From Candidatus Hydrogenedentota bacterium (GTDB lineage: Bacteria; Hydrogenedentota; Hydrogenedentia; Hydrogenedentales; SLHB01), in the NCBI GenBank assembly GCA_034408725.1, contig JAWXCN010000259.1:1-11206 (forward strand): a stretch of DNA of 11,206 nucleotides, in the 5' to 3' direction. The notes below the pieces were generated by a model. That model was not told where the DNA came from. It made no database searches and saw only the letters and a list, made by a program, of their open reading frames with translations. A program made the position numbers and the translations under genes. Positions 1 to 7,650 of the stretch are shown here, one piece after another; positions within the stretch are counted from its first letter, which is position 1, and every line of letters begins with the position of its first letter.

Positions 1-50
1 AACAGTCCCAGTTTGAGAACTACAAGCGAAAGGACAAGCCCGTCGCGTAA
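1..50 (+). CDS. Possible 3' end of a convergent gene entering from the left (…QSQFENYKRKDKPVA*)
   Basis: The frame starting at nt 3 is open to TAA at 48-50, ending 9 nt before the kinase stop. It is too short to identify. Confidence 0.35.
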   Translation, partial: QSQFENYKRKDKPVA

Positions 51-59
51 CGTGTTTCC

Positions 60-3000
60 TCAATCTCCGTTGCGATGACCGTCCAGCGCGCGCTGGACGA
101 CCGCGTAGAATTCTTTTGCGCGGTACGGTTTCTGGATGAACCCGCCCATCTTTTTTCCATGCGTCTGTTCGACTGCCTCCTGCTCATTGTATCCACTTGA
201 TAACACGACGCACAGGCCCGGCTTCATGCGATGCAGTTCGTTCACGAGATCGCCACCACTCATGCGCGGCATGGTCAGGTCTACAATCGCGAGCGTAAAT
301 GCGTCTTTCTGCTGCTCGAACGCGTCGAGCGCCTCGCGTCCGTCGTGCGCGGTGACAACTGCAAATCCGCGCCGTTCCAGCATCGCCTTCGCAATATCCA
401 ACACAGGTTGCTCGTCGTCGACCACCAGAACGAGCCCTTCGCCGCGCAACGCGGGCGGAGGCGCCACTTCCAGCGTGGGCGCTGGCGCTTCGCCCTGCAT
501 TGCGGGCAGATACACGGTGAAAATCGAACCGGCGTTTGGCTGGCTTTCCACGCGAATCGCGCCTTCGTGGCCGCGCACGATCCCAAGGACCGCCGCCATG
601 CCCAATCCGCGCCCGGTAAACTTCGTGGTAAAGAATGGATCGAAAATCCGCGCTTGTGTGGCAAGGTCCATTCCGCAACCGGTATCCACGATGCGCAGGC
701 ACACGTAGCGTTTTCCGCGAATCAGGTCTATTCCCACCAGGCTTGTTGCATCGGTGCGCGTCCAAACCACTAATTCCGTCGTTACCCGGATCATCCCTTC
801 GGCATCACCAATCGCTTCCGATGCGTTGGTGAGCAAGTTCATGACGATTTGGCGAATCTGCGTCGCGTCGGCCCGAACCAAAGGCAGGTCCTCCGTGGGT
901 TCAAAGACAACGGCCACGCGTTTGGATACGGACACCGCGAGAAGGTTGTGCATTTCGCGCACCAGATCGTTGAGCGCGATTGGCGCGACGACAAAACGCC
1001 CACGTCCGGAATAGGCCAGCATCTGCTTGCACAGGTCCGCCGCCCTTTGCGCGGAAGTGACGATGTCTTCGATGCCATCGCGCACCGGCGATTGCGCGGC
1101 CAAATCCAGCAGCGCGAGATCGGCGTTGCCGAGAATGCCCACGAGAAGATTGTTGAAATCGTGCGCAATCCCGCCGGCAAGCACGCCGAGGCTCTCGAGC
1201 TTTTGCGCGTGCTGCATCTGTGCCTCAAGCGCCCATCGCTCAACTTCCGCGGCCTTGCGCCCTGAAATATCGAACAGCGTTCCCGCGATGCGCAACGGAA
1301 CACCGCCACTATCGCGTTCGGCTACTTTCCCGCGGAGGTTTACCCACACCCAGTCCCCGTTTCGCGCGCGAAAACGCACCTCGGCATCGAGCAATGGAAT
1401 CTCTCCCCCAATATGCCTCCAGAAATGCTCAATGAGCCTGTTTGCATCATCCTGGTGGGTGCGCTCATACCATTCGCCGGATTCCCGGGGGACAGTCTCA
1501 AGCGTAAAACCAAACATTTCGGCCCAGCGTTCGCTCACTTCCAGCATGCCGCCCGCTATATCCAGGTCCCACAATCCAAGATCGGCGCCCTTCAACGCGA
1601 GATCGAGACGTTCCTGACTCTGTCGAAGTTCCTCCTGCGCCCGTTTACGCTCGGTCACCAGTTCGGTGAACATGATGATTCCGCCGATAGTCCCATCCTC
1701 CGCGTACCACGGTCTCACCTCCCACCGCAACCAGTCTTCCGTTCCGTCCGCGCGCATAAAACTGTCTTCTTCGGCGCGTTCCACCGCTCCCTCGAGACAC
1801 CGCTGATGAACGCTTCTCCATGCTGCATTCTCCCGAATCTCGGGGAAAATATCGTAATGACCCTTACCTATAATCTGCTGTTCGCCAAGCCGGTAGTCCT
1901 GCACCCAGCGCCGGCTCACCGCCATGTATCTAAGCTCTTTGTCCAACATCGCAACCGCCGCGGGAGTGTGCTCGACAAACGAATACAACACCGCGCGGCT
2001 GTTTTTAAGCGCCTCTTCTGCCCGTTTTCGCTCGGTAATATCCAGCCAAATGCCAACGACCTGCGATGGCCGGTCGCTGTCCGCCGGAATTTGGACAGGC
2101 TGGTTCCAAAACCAGCGGTAGGACCCATCCGCGCATTGCCAGCGATACTCGGCCGCTGCCCGGCCGCGTTTCACTACCGACGCCAATTCCGCCGACACTG
2201 CCTCGGCGTCATCGGGATGGACGCGCCGGAACCACAACGTGGATTCGCCCAGGAATTCTGATGGTGGAAATCCCGTCAACGATTCGACGCTACCACTGAC
2301 CCACTTGGTGATGAATTTTGACCCATCAAACTTGCCCGTGTAAAAGCACACCGGAAGAGAGCTGAGAATCAGCGCCTTCTGCTGCTCACTCGCGCGCAAG
2401 GCCAGTTCCGTGCGCCGATATTGCGACATGTCCTGAATCAATCCGATTGACCGGACAGGTAAACCGTCCTCTCCGAAAATTTCGACCGACGCGTCCAATA
2501 CCCAGCGCATTGAACCGTCCCGCGCGTGAAAACGCCCTTCGCTCGACCATGTTTTGAACTCACCAGCGCGCGTTCGCTGGATGGCTTCATCGATCGCCAT
2601 CGCTTGTGCATCCCCATGCATCATCACCACCGTACTGCGCTGTTCCCACAATTTCGTCGTAAACTCGCCCGCCGTGTATCCAGTCACCCGCTCGATACCG
2701 TCTCCAATATACGTGAACGTGTCGTGGTGGTAGTCGCGCACATAGGGAACCGCGCGCGCCGCCGTGATGGCCTGACGATAGAATTCGTGGACCGCCTGCG
2801 CGTCGCGCGTACTGCGGCGGCTTTCTGACACGGCGGCGCCAAGCAACAGCGAAGTCAGCGACAGCGCAATCAGAAATAGCTGAATGTCGTTCGGCGTGTG
2901 CCACGCATACGTCGCCGTCGCGTACAGGCTTGTCCCGGCGCACACAAAAAATACGCCTGTGGCCGCGCCCTTGATGCCTCGCCAAAATGCCGCGAGGATC

Positions 3001-3788
3001 AGCGGCACGAAACACGGATAGAACGTCGGCGCGACAGAACCGTTTCTCATTCCAAACGAGAAATACACCGCGAACGCGAGGAACACAAGCCACACAATAG
3101 ATGTCGCGGTTCTCGGCAACAGTCGAATCACTGCCGGGCCGAGCCTGGAGCTCACACTTTTTTTGCGGAAGAACCCGATTGTGCCGGCGACCCACGGAAA
3201 TACGATCGTCAACAGTACCGGTGCCACCGATACGTGCGCGATCACATTGCCAATCCAGAAATCGAGCACCGCGCCCGGCACTTCCGCCTGGTTTCGTACG
3301 TCAAACCCCAGCAAAACGCCCGCATATCCCAGCGCCGTTACCGCGGATGCGACGCTGACCACCACGATAAACAATACGACGCTGCGCAATTGCTGAAGTT
3401 CGAGGTTGGGCCGCACCTTTCGACGAAGTATCCACGCCGTGAAGGAATAGACGCCTACAGGAATTCCAGCCAACAGCAGGTTCGCAACGGGATGGGCGGG
3501 ATTGAGTTCGCTCCAAACAAAAAAGGTGCTATTCAGCGAAAGGACGAGATATAACGGGGCATAACCCAACCCGAACCGCAACAGTACCGCCATGCTAAGG
3601 CCGGCGGGCGCATACCAATTCGAGATTCCCTGGGCATCGGGGCTTAGCGACCGAAAAATTATCTGGTCACAAAAATAAAAAAGCAGCGCATACCAGAGCG
3701 ACAAGAGTACGGCGCGTATTGGGCGGGATACCGGCGGTGTTGAGCGCATTGGCGCCGTCTGCGAATCAAAATCCTTGAGATTCGTCAC
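60..3788 (-). CDS. Hybrid sensor histidine kinase/response regulator (MASE1 membrane domain, about four PAS/PAC domains, HisKA, HATPase_c, C-terminal REC; CckA-like)
   Basis: Hydrophobic N-terminus has the MASE1-like 'WYAPAGLSMAVLLRFG'. PAC ends repeat (DMSQYRR, DITERKRAE, ELVTERKRAQ, DISGRKAAE). Kinase motifs: H-box AGGIAHDFNNLL, N-box QIVMNLLTNASEA, G1 DTGCGM, F/G2 FDPFFTTKFTGRGLG. REC motifs: LVVDDE…DLTMP…KPY. The start is placed at GTG 3788 because AGGAG (3794-3798, minus strand) lies 5 nt upstream. The ORF is open to ATG 3836. Confidence 0.93.
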   Translation of the reverse strand: MTNLKDFDSQTAPMRSTPPVSRPIRAVLLSLWYALLFYFCDQIIFRSLSPDAQGISNWYAPAGLSMAVLLRFGLGYAPLYLVLSLNSTFFVWSELNPAHPVANLLLAGIPVGVYSFTAWILRRKVRPNLELQQLRSVVLFIVVVSVASAVTALGYAGVLLGFDVRNQAEVPGAVLDFWIGNVIAHVSVAPVLLTIVFPWVAGTIGFFRKKSVSSRLGPAVIRLLPRTATSIVWLVFLAFAVYFSFGMRNGSVAPTFYPCFVPLILAAFWRGIKGAATGVFFVCAGTSLYATATYAWHTPNDIQLFLIALSLTSLLLGAAVSESRRSTRDAQAVHEFYRQAITAARAVPYVRDYHHDTFTYIGDGIERVTGYTAGEFTTKLWEQRSTVVMMHGDAQAMAIDEAIQRTRAGEFKTWSSEGRFHARDGSMRWVLDASVEIFGEDGLPVRSIGLIQDMSQYRRTELALRASEQQKALILSSLPVCFYTGKFDGSKFITKWVSGSVESLTGFPPSEFLGESTLWFRRVHPDDAEAVSAELASVVKRGRAAAEYRWQCADGSYRWFWNQPVQIPADSDRPSQVVGIWLDITERKRAEEALKNSRAVLYSFVEHTPAAVAMLDKELRYMAVSRRWVQDYRLGEQQIIGKGHYDIFPEIRENAAWRSVHQRCLEGAVERAEEDSFMRADGTEDWLRWEVRPWYAEDGTIGGIIMFTELVTERKRAQEELRQSQERLDLALKGADLGLWDLDIAGGMLEVSERWAEMFGFTLETVPRESGEWYERTHQDDANRLIEHFWRHIGGEIPLLDAEVRFRARNGDWVWVNLRGKVAERDSGGVPLRIAGTLFDISGRKAAEVERWALEAQMQHAQKLESLGVLAGGIAHDFNNLLVGILGNADLALLDLAAQSPVRDGIEDIVTSAQRAADLCKQMLAYSGRGRFVVAPIALNDLVREMHNLLAVSVSKRVAVVFEPTEDLPLVRADATQIRQIVMNLLTNASEAIGDAEGMIRVTTELVVWTRTDATSLVGIDLIRGKRYVCLRIVDTGCGMDLATQARIFDPFFTTKFTGRGLGMAAVLGIVRGHEGAIRVESQPNAGSIFTVYLPAMQGEAPAPTLEVAPPPALRGEGLVLVVDDEQPVLDIAKAMLERRGFAVVTAHDGREALDAFEQQKDAFTLAIVDLTMPRMSGGDLVNELHRMKPGLCVVLSSGYNEQEAVEQTHGKKMGGFIQKPYRAKEFYAVVQRALDGHRNGD

Positions 3789-3902
3789 ATGGTCTCCTCT
3801 CAGCCGCGTCAAAACTACAACCTGGTGTATAAGCATAATCGAGATACGCTATAGAAGCTACCCTAATCCCATAATTTATCGTTCTATTTCATCTGCCAAA
3901 AC

Positions 3903-3911
3903 TGATACCAT
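3903..3911 (+). promoter_or_regulatory. Candidate extended -10 promoter element (TGaTACCAT) for rex
   Basis: TGn+TACCAT lies in the AT-rich divergent intergenic region, just upstream of the GGAGG RBS (3924-3928). There is no convincing -35. Confidence 0.3.
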
Positions 3912-3935
3912 GACTTCGGAAGCGGAGGGTTATGC

Positions 3936-4598
3936 ATGCAGGATCGTAAGCAGCCGATGGCGCTCAATCAGCTAATCGTCGAGCGGCTTATGCATTATTA
4001 CCACCTTGTTGCCGAACAGATTGAAATCAACGCCAGCGGATACGTCTCCAGCGCCCAAATCGCTCACCTCCTCGACATGGACGACACGCTTGTCCGGAAA
4101 GACCTCGCTGCCATTGGCGTCCGGGGCCGCCCCCGCGTTGGATTCAGCACCAACGGCCTCATGGATGCCGTCCGCGAAACGCTCGGCTTCAATGAACACT
4201 ACAACGCAGTGATTGTCGGCGCGGGCAGGCTCGGCGGCGCAATCGCCTCCTACGCGGGATTCGGAAAATACGGCCTTGACGTTGTCGCACTGTTCGATTC
4301 CGATCCGGCGCGCGTGGGCGATGTGCTCCGGGGGATCCCCGTGGAACACGTGGATCGCATGGAGGAAGTGATCAAGCAGCACGGTGTGCGTTCTGCTGTA
4401 ATTACCGTGCCCGCCGAAGCCGCGCAACCGCTCGCGGACCGGCTCGTCGCGTCCGGAGTCCGCGCGATTTGGAACTTCGCCCCCACCAGCCTGGTCGTTC
4501 CTCCCGGCGTCTTCGTGCGCCACGAACACATTTCTGTCGGCCTCGCGGAACTCGCCTACTACCTCAAGCGCAACGACCTCGGCGGCGGCCATATCTAA
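3936..4598 (+). CDS. rex: Redox-sensing transcriptional repressor, Rex family
   Basis: N-terminal winged helix 'ERLMHYY…VSSAQIAHLLDMDDTLVRKDLAAIGVRGRPRVGF', Rossmann 'IVGAGRLG', 'ALFD', 'ITVPAEAAQ', 'IWNFAP'. Length is 220 aa, with a GGAGG RBS upstream. Confidence 0.9.
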   Translation: MQDRKQPMALNQLIVERLMHYYHLVAEQIEINASGYVSSAQIAHLLDMDDTLVRKDLAAIGVRGRPRVGFSTNGLMDAVRETLGFNEHYNAVIVGAGRLGGAIASYAGFGKYGLDVVALFDSDPARVGDVLRGIPVEHVDRMEEVIKQHGVRSAVITVPAEAAQPLADRLVASGVRAIWNFAPTSLVVPPGVFVRHEHISVGLAELAYYLKRNDLGGGHI

Positions 4599-4617
4599 CC
4601 GATTGCCGTTTCCCCCA

Positions 4618-4653
4618 TACGGACTGCGGTAGCGACTGATACCGCAATCCATA
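4618..4653. terminator. Stem-loop downstream of rex (possible terminator or mRNA-stabilising hairpin)
   Basis: TACGGACTGCGGTA-gcgactga-TACCGCAATCCATA, 12/14 complementary. There is no U-tract on the + strand, so terminator function is uncertain. Confidence 0.35.
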
Positions 4654-4687
4654 CAACCCCCACTCCCCACACGATCACTCGCCGTCT

Positions 4688-4716
4688 CTCTTCCTGCCTT
4701 CCTCACTCTTCCTGCC
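4688..4716 (+). repeat. 11-bp direct repeat CTCTTCCTGCC (period 18) within a pyrimidine-rich tract
   Basis: Exact copies at 4688-4698 and 4706-4716. Confidence 0.7.
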
Positions 4717-4731
4717 GTCCCACTCCCAGCC

Positions 4732-4761
4732 TTGACACAGTCCTGCCCACGGTGCCACCCT
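4732..4761 (+). promoter_or_regulatory. Candidate sigma70-type promoter for prpBC
   Basis: Perfect TTGACA at 4732-4737, an 18-bp spacer, and TGc-CACCCT as a weak extended -10 (4753-4761). Confidence 0.4.
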
Positions 4762-4832
4762 GTGAACGGCGGTGTGCAACGGCTGCTGGGGGGCCCACCG
4801 CTCCAAGAACAAGTACAAGGTGCGGGACTCGT

Positions 4833-5696
4833 ATGTGGAAAGCACCCTTACCGCCATCTTCGTGGGAGCGATCTGACCGGTTGCGCACGGCCCTCGGAGA
4901 CCACGTCGTCGCGATGCCGGGCGCGATCAACGCGCTTAGCGCGCGTCTGATCGAACGCCGCGGGTTTGAAGCGATTTACGTTTCCGGCGCGGTTTTGGCC
5001 AATTCCGTGGGCGGCGTGCCCGATATCGGGCTGATGACGCTATCCGAATCCGCGTCGCACTGCGCCAATATTGCGCGCGCGACGACGCTTCCGATCATTG
5101 CCGATGCCGACACGGGTTACGGCGGACCGGAATGCGCGTTCCGGACGGTGCGGGTGCTCGAATCCGCGGGCGTAAGCGGGATTCATCTTGAAGACCAGGA
5201 GTTCCCAAAACGCTGCGGCCACCTGGAAGGAAAGACGTTGGTCAGCGTCGAAGAGTTTTGCGAAAAAATCGCCGCGGCAGCCGAGGCAAAGAACAACAAG
5301 GACTTCTTGCTCATTGCGCGCACTGATGCTCGCGGCGTGACGAATTATGACGACGCCGTGCGCCGCGCGCACGCGTATCTCGAAGCCGGCGCGGACGCAA
5401 TCTTCCCCGAGGCATTGCAAACCGAAGAGGAATTGAAACGGTTCGCCGATGACGTGGACACGATCCTGTTGGCGAATATGACGGAATATGGAAAGACGCC
5501 GTACCTCTCCATCGAACAGTTTGGCGAGCTAGGCTACAGCATTGTGATTTTCCCCGTAACATTGCAGCGCATCGCCATGAAAGCCATGGACGACGCGCTG
5601 CTTGAGCTTCGCGACGAACGCACGCAGGAAAATATTCTTGCCGACATGCAAACGCGCGAAGAGTTATACGATTTGTTGCAGTACCGTCCCCGGTAA
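4833..5696 (+). CDS. prpB: 2-methylisocitrate lyase (ICL/PEP mutase superfamily)
   Basis: Motifs 'GFEAIYVSGA', 'PDIGL', 'IADADTGYG', catalytic 'HLEDQEFPKRCGHL', 'ARTDA', 'LANMTEYGKTP' and 'MQTREELYDLL'. It is adjacent to a citrate-synthase-family gene. ATG 4833 is preferred over GTG 4752 because the extension looks non-homologous. Confidence 0.9.
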   Translation: MWKAPLPPSSWERSDRLRTALGDHVVAMPGAINALSARLIERRGFEAIYVSGAVLANSVGGVPDIGLMTLSESASHCANIARATTLPIIADADTGYGGPECAFRTVRVLESAGVSGIHLEDQEFPKRCGHLEGKTLVSVEEFCEKIAAAAEAKNNKDFLLIARTDARGVTNYDDAVRRAHAYLEAGADAIFPEALQTEEELKRFADDVDTILLANMTEYGKTPYLSIEQFGELGYSIVIFPVTLQRIAMKAMDDALLELRDERTQENILADMQTREELYDLLQYRPR

Positions 5697-5713
5697 TACA
5701 GGAGAACTATCCA

Positions 5714-6835
5714 ATGTCCGAAAACAACAACACTTATAAGCCCGGTCTCGAAGGCGTCATCGCGGGCGACACGTCCGTTGCCTGCGTTGACCAGGGCGTG
5801 CTGCTCTACCGTGGTTACCCGATTGAAGAGCTTGCAAAAAACGCGACGTTCGAAGAAGTCGCGTACCTCTTGCTCAACGAAGACCTTCCGAACGCAAATG
5901 AACTCTCCGCGTTCAAAACCGAACTCGATGCGTTCCGCCCTCTACCCAAACAGATAGTCGATGCGTTGCGACTGATTCCGAACGGTGTTCCCATGATGGA
6001 CGTGTTGCGCAGCATGGTGTCCATGACGGGCCATTTCGATCCCGTGAGCGATCCCGCGGACTACAAACGCCGCGCGATATGGCTCACGGCACAGATCGGC
6101 GGCATCATCGCCGCGCGGTACAGGCTGCTCAACGGCGAAGAACCCATCGCCGCAAGGGCCGGCCTTTCGCACGCCGCACAAATCCTCTATCAATCACAGG
6201 GCCAAGCACCCGACGAGCTGTCGGCAAAGATGCTCGATCTCACCCTTATTCTCTACGCCGAACATGAGTTCAACGCCAGCACGTTCACCGCGCGCGTAAT
6301 CTGTTCGACGATGTCGGACCTGGTATCCGCCATTGTCGGCGCGATTGGCGCGTTGAAAGGCCCGCTCCACGGCGGAGCAAACGAAGCCGCGATGGAAATG
6401 CTGGTGCAATTTAAAACCGCCGACGAAGCCCGCGCATGGATCAAGGACGCGCTCGCAAACAAGAAAAAGGTCATGGGTTTCGGTCATCGCGTATACAAAA
6501 ACGGCGACCATCGCGCGCACATCCTCGAAGTCGAACTCCGCAAACTCGCCGCGCAAAAAAACCAACAAGTCTGGATGGACATCTACGACGCCATCAAGGA
6601 ACCGATGGTCAACGACAAGAAAATTTTCCCAAACGTCGACTACCCCTGCGGCCTCACGTATTTTTTGCTCGGACTCCCACTCGATCTCTACACCCCGCTC
6701 TTTGTAGCCTCGCGAATCACAGGGTGGAGCGCGCACTTCATCGAACAGGCGAATAACAACCGCATATACAGGCCATTGAGCAAGTACGTGGGAAAACCTT
6801 CACACAAGGTGACTCCGCTGAAGATGCGGGGGTAA
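5714..6835 (+). CDS. prpC: 2-methylcitrate synthase / citrate synthase II
   Basis: Motifs 'GLEGVIAG', 'LLYRGYPIEELA', 'LYAEHEFNASTF', 'GPLHGGANE', 'MGFGHRVYK', 'PNVDY' and 'SRITGWSAH'. AGGAGA RBS at 5700-5705. It starts 17 nt after prpB. Confidence 0.88.
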   Translation: MSENNNTYKPGLEGVIAGDTSVACVDQGVLLYRGYPIEELAKNATFEEVAYLLLNEDLPNANELSAFKTELDAFRPLPKQIVDALRLIPNGVPMMDVLRSMVSMTGHFDPVSDPADYKRRAIWLTAQIGGIIAARYRLLNGEEPIAARAGLSHAAQILYQSQGQAPDELSAKMLDLTLILYAEHEFNASTFTARVICSTMSDLVSAIVGAIGALKGPLHGGANEAAMEMLVQFKTADEARAWIKDALANKKKVMGFGHRVYKNGDHRAHILEVELRKLAAQKNQQVWMDIYDAIKEPMVNDKKIFPNVDYPCGLTYFLLGLPLDLYTPLFVASRITGWSAHFIEQANNNRIYRPLSKYVGKPSHKVTPLKMRG

Positions 6836-6860
6836 ATGGACAGACACGGACGGACACGGA
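6835..6860 (+). repeat. Short array of 10-nt-period (CAC)GGAC units directly after the prpC stop
   Basis: AATGGACAGACACGGACGGACACGGA, 22/26 identical to 7302-7327. Confidence 0.8.
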
Positions 6861-6901
6861 TCGAGCAGACAGGCTCAGTCGGTTGAAGGAGAAATCCGGG
6901 G

Positions 6902-7578
6902 ATGGAACGGGAGCCCCTGATTCCAAAACACGGTGGCTATCGGAAGCTTAGAAGTTTCCAGATCGCGCAATTGGTTTATGACATAACTGTGCGCTTCTGT
7001 GATCGGTACATTGATAAGAAGAGCCGCACGCGCGATCAGATGGTGCAAGCGGCGCGCTCAGGCATGCAGAATATTGCTGAGGGGAGTCAGGCTTCGGGCA
7101 CATCGAAGAAGATGGAAATGAAGCTCACAAGTGTCGCGCGAGCGAGTTTGGAATAACTTCGGCTGGACTATGAGGATTTTTTGCGCCAGCGGGAATTGCC
7201 GCTGCTTGCGCCGGATCATCCCGTTATGATCAGATTCAAGAAACACGCTGCCGTTCGGTGGAGCAATTCAGAGACTGGATCAACGACGAGCGAAAAAGAA
7301 CAATGGACGAACACGGACGATCACGGACTGCCACGGACGGAAAGAAGGCGCCAAAGACTGTGGAATCCACAACGTCCGTGCCCGTCCGTGATCGTCCGTG
7401 TTCGTCTATTCCCTCCTCCGCTCTTGCCGCAAATGCAGCGCTTTCCCTCCTCAATCTTTGCTGCTACCTCCTTGAACGGCAGCTTGCCGCGCAGGCATCC
7501 ACCTTTGAGAAGGAAGGCGGCTTTACCGAACGTCTCCACCGAGCCCGCACCGATTCGCGCAATCGGCCTCCGTCTTGA
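6902..7578 (+). pseudogene. Four-helix-bundle protein (23S rRNA-IVP/bAvd-like fold) with four-helix-bundle suffix domain, disrupted by an in-frame TAA (7154-7156) and a 1-nt frameshift near 7241-7246
   Basis: The N-terminus 'GGYRKLRSFQ…YDITVRFC…SRTRDQMVQAARSG.QNIAEGS…KLTSVARASLE' continues past TAA as 'LRLDYEDFLRQR'. The family pattern, as I recall it, is ASLEELxxDYEDFLRQR. The C-terminal suffix motif 'AANAALSLLNLCCYLLERQLAAQASTFEKEGGFTERL' is in the -1 frame. AAGGAG RBS at 6886-6891. Confidence 0.85.
7302..7410. repeat. 38-bp inverted repeat built of four 10-nt CACGGACnnn units per arm, with a 33-nt spacer
   Basis: Left arm 7302-7339 is AATGGACGAACACGGACGATCACGGACTGCCACGGACG. The reverse complement of 7373-7410 is AATAGACGAACACGGACGATCACGGACGGGCACGGACG (35/38 identical). 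The spacer holds the palindrome TGTGGA-A-TCCACA (7359-7371). Confidence 0.95.
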
Positions 7579-7603
7579 TCACAAACCCCGCACCCACTAC
7601 CAT
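7575..7603 (+). promoter_or_regulatory. Candidate sigma70-type promoter for comM
   Basis: TTGATC (7575-7580), 17-bp spacer, TACCAT (7598-7603). A GAGGGG RBS follows before ATG 7651. Confidence 0.45.
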
Positions 7604-7650
7604 GCGCGCGCGGGTGTAACCATGTAATGTTGCGAGGGGACTGATAGCAA

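Noticed and set aside
136-3554. Numerous + strand and alternative-frame ORFs overlapping the kinase (for example 1413-2261, 2898-3554)
   Set aside because: These are shadow ORFs typical of GC-rich coding DNA, with no recognisable motifs.
3774-3790. Rex operator near the kinase start (TTGAGA-TTCG-TCACAT), and a TGTGAA half-site at 4761-4766
   Set aside because: Spacing and symmetry do not fit TTGTGAA-N4-TTCACAA. These are half-site resemblances only.
4752-4832. 27-aa N-terminal extension of PrpB from GTG 4752
   Set aside because: It overlaps the candidate promoter, lacks an RBS and does not resemble PrpB. ATG 4833 gives a typical length.
7235-7250. Programmed -1 ribosomal frameshift in the four-helix gene
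   Set aside because: There is no canonical X XXY YYZ slippery heptamer, the large hairpin starts more than 50 nt downstream, and an upstream in-frame TAA already breaks the gene.
7302-7410. CRISPR array or DGR template/variable repeat
   Set aside because: The units are 10 nt with no unique spacers and the arms are inverted. There is no cas gene or reverse transcriptase in the window and no long repeat pair differing only at adenines, despite the Avd-like fold nearby.
7181-7627. 148-aa ORF as an independent gene
   Set aside because: Its first ~20 codons are the post-stop continuation of the four-helix gene. The rest is the out-of-frame reading after the frameshift.
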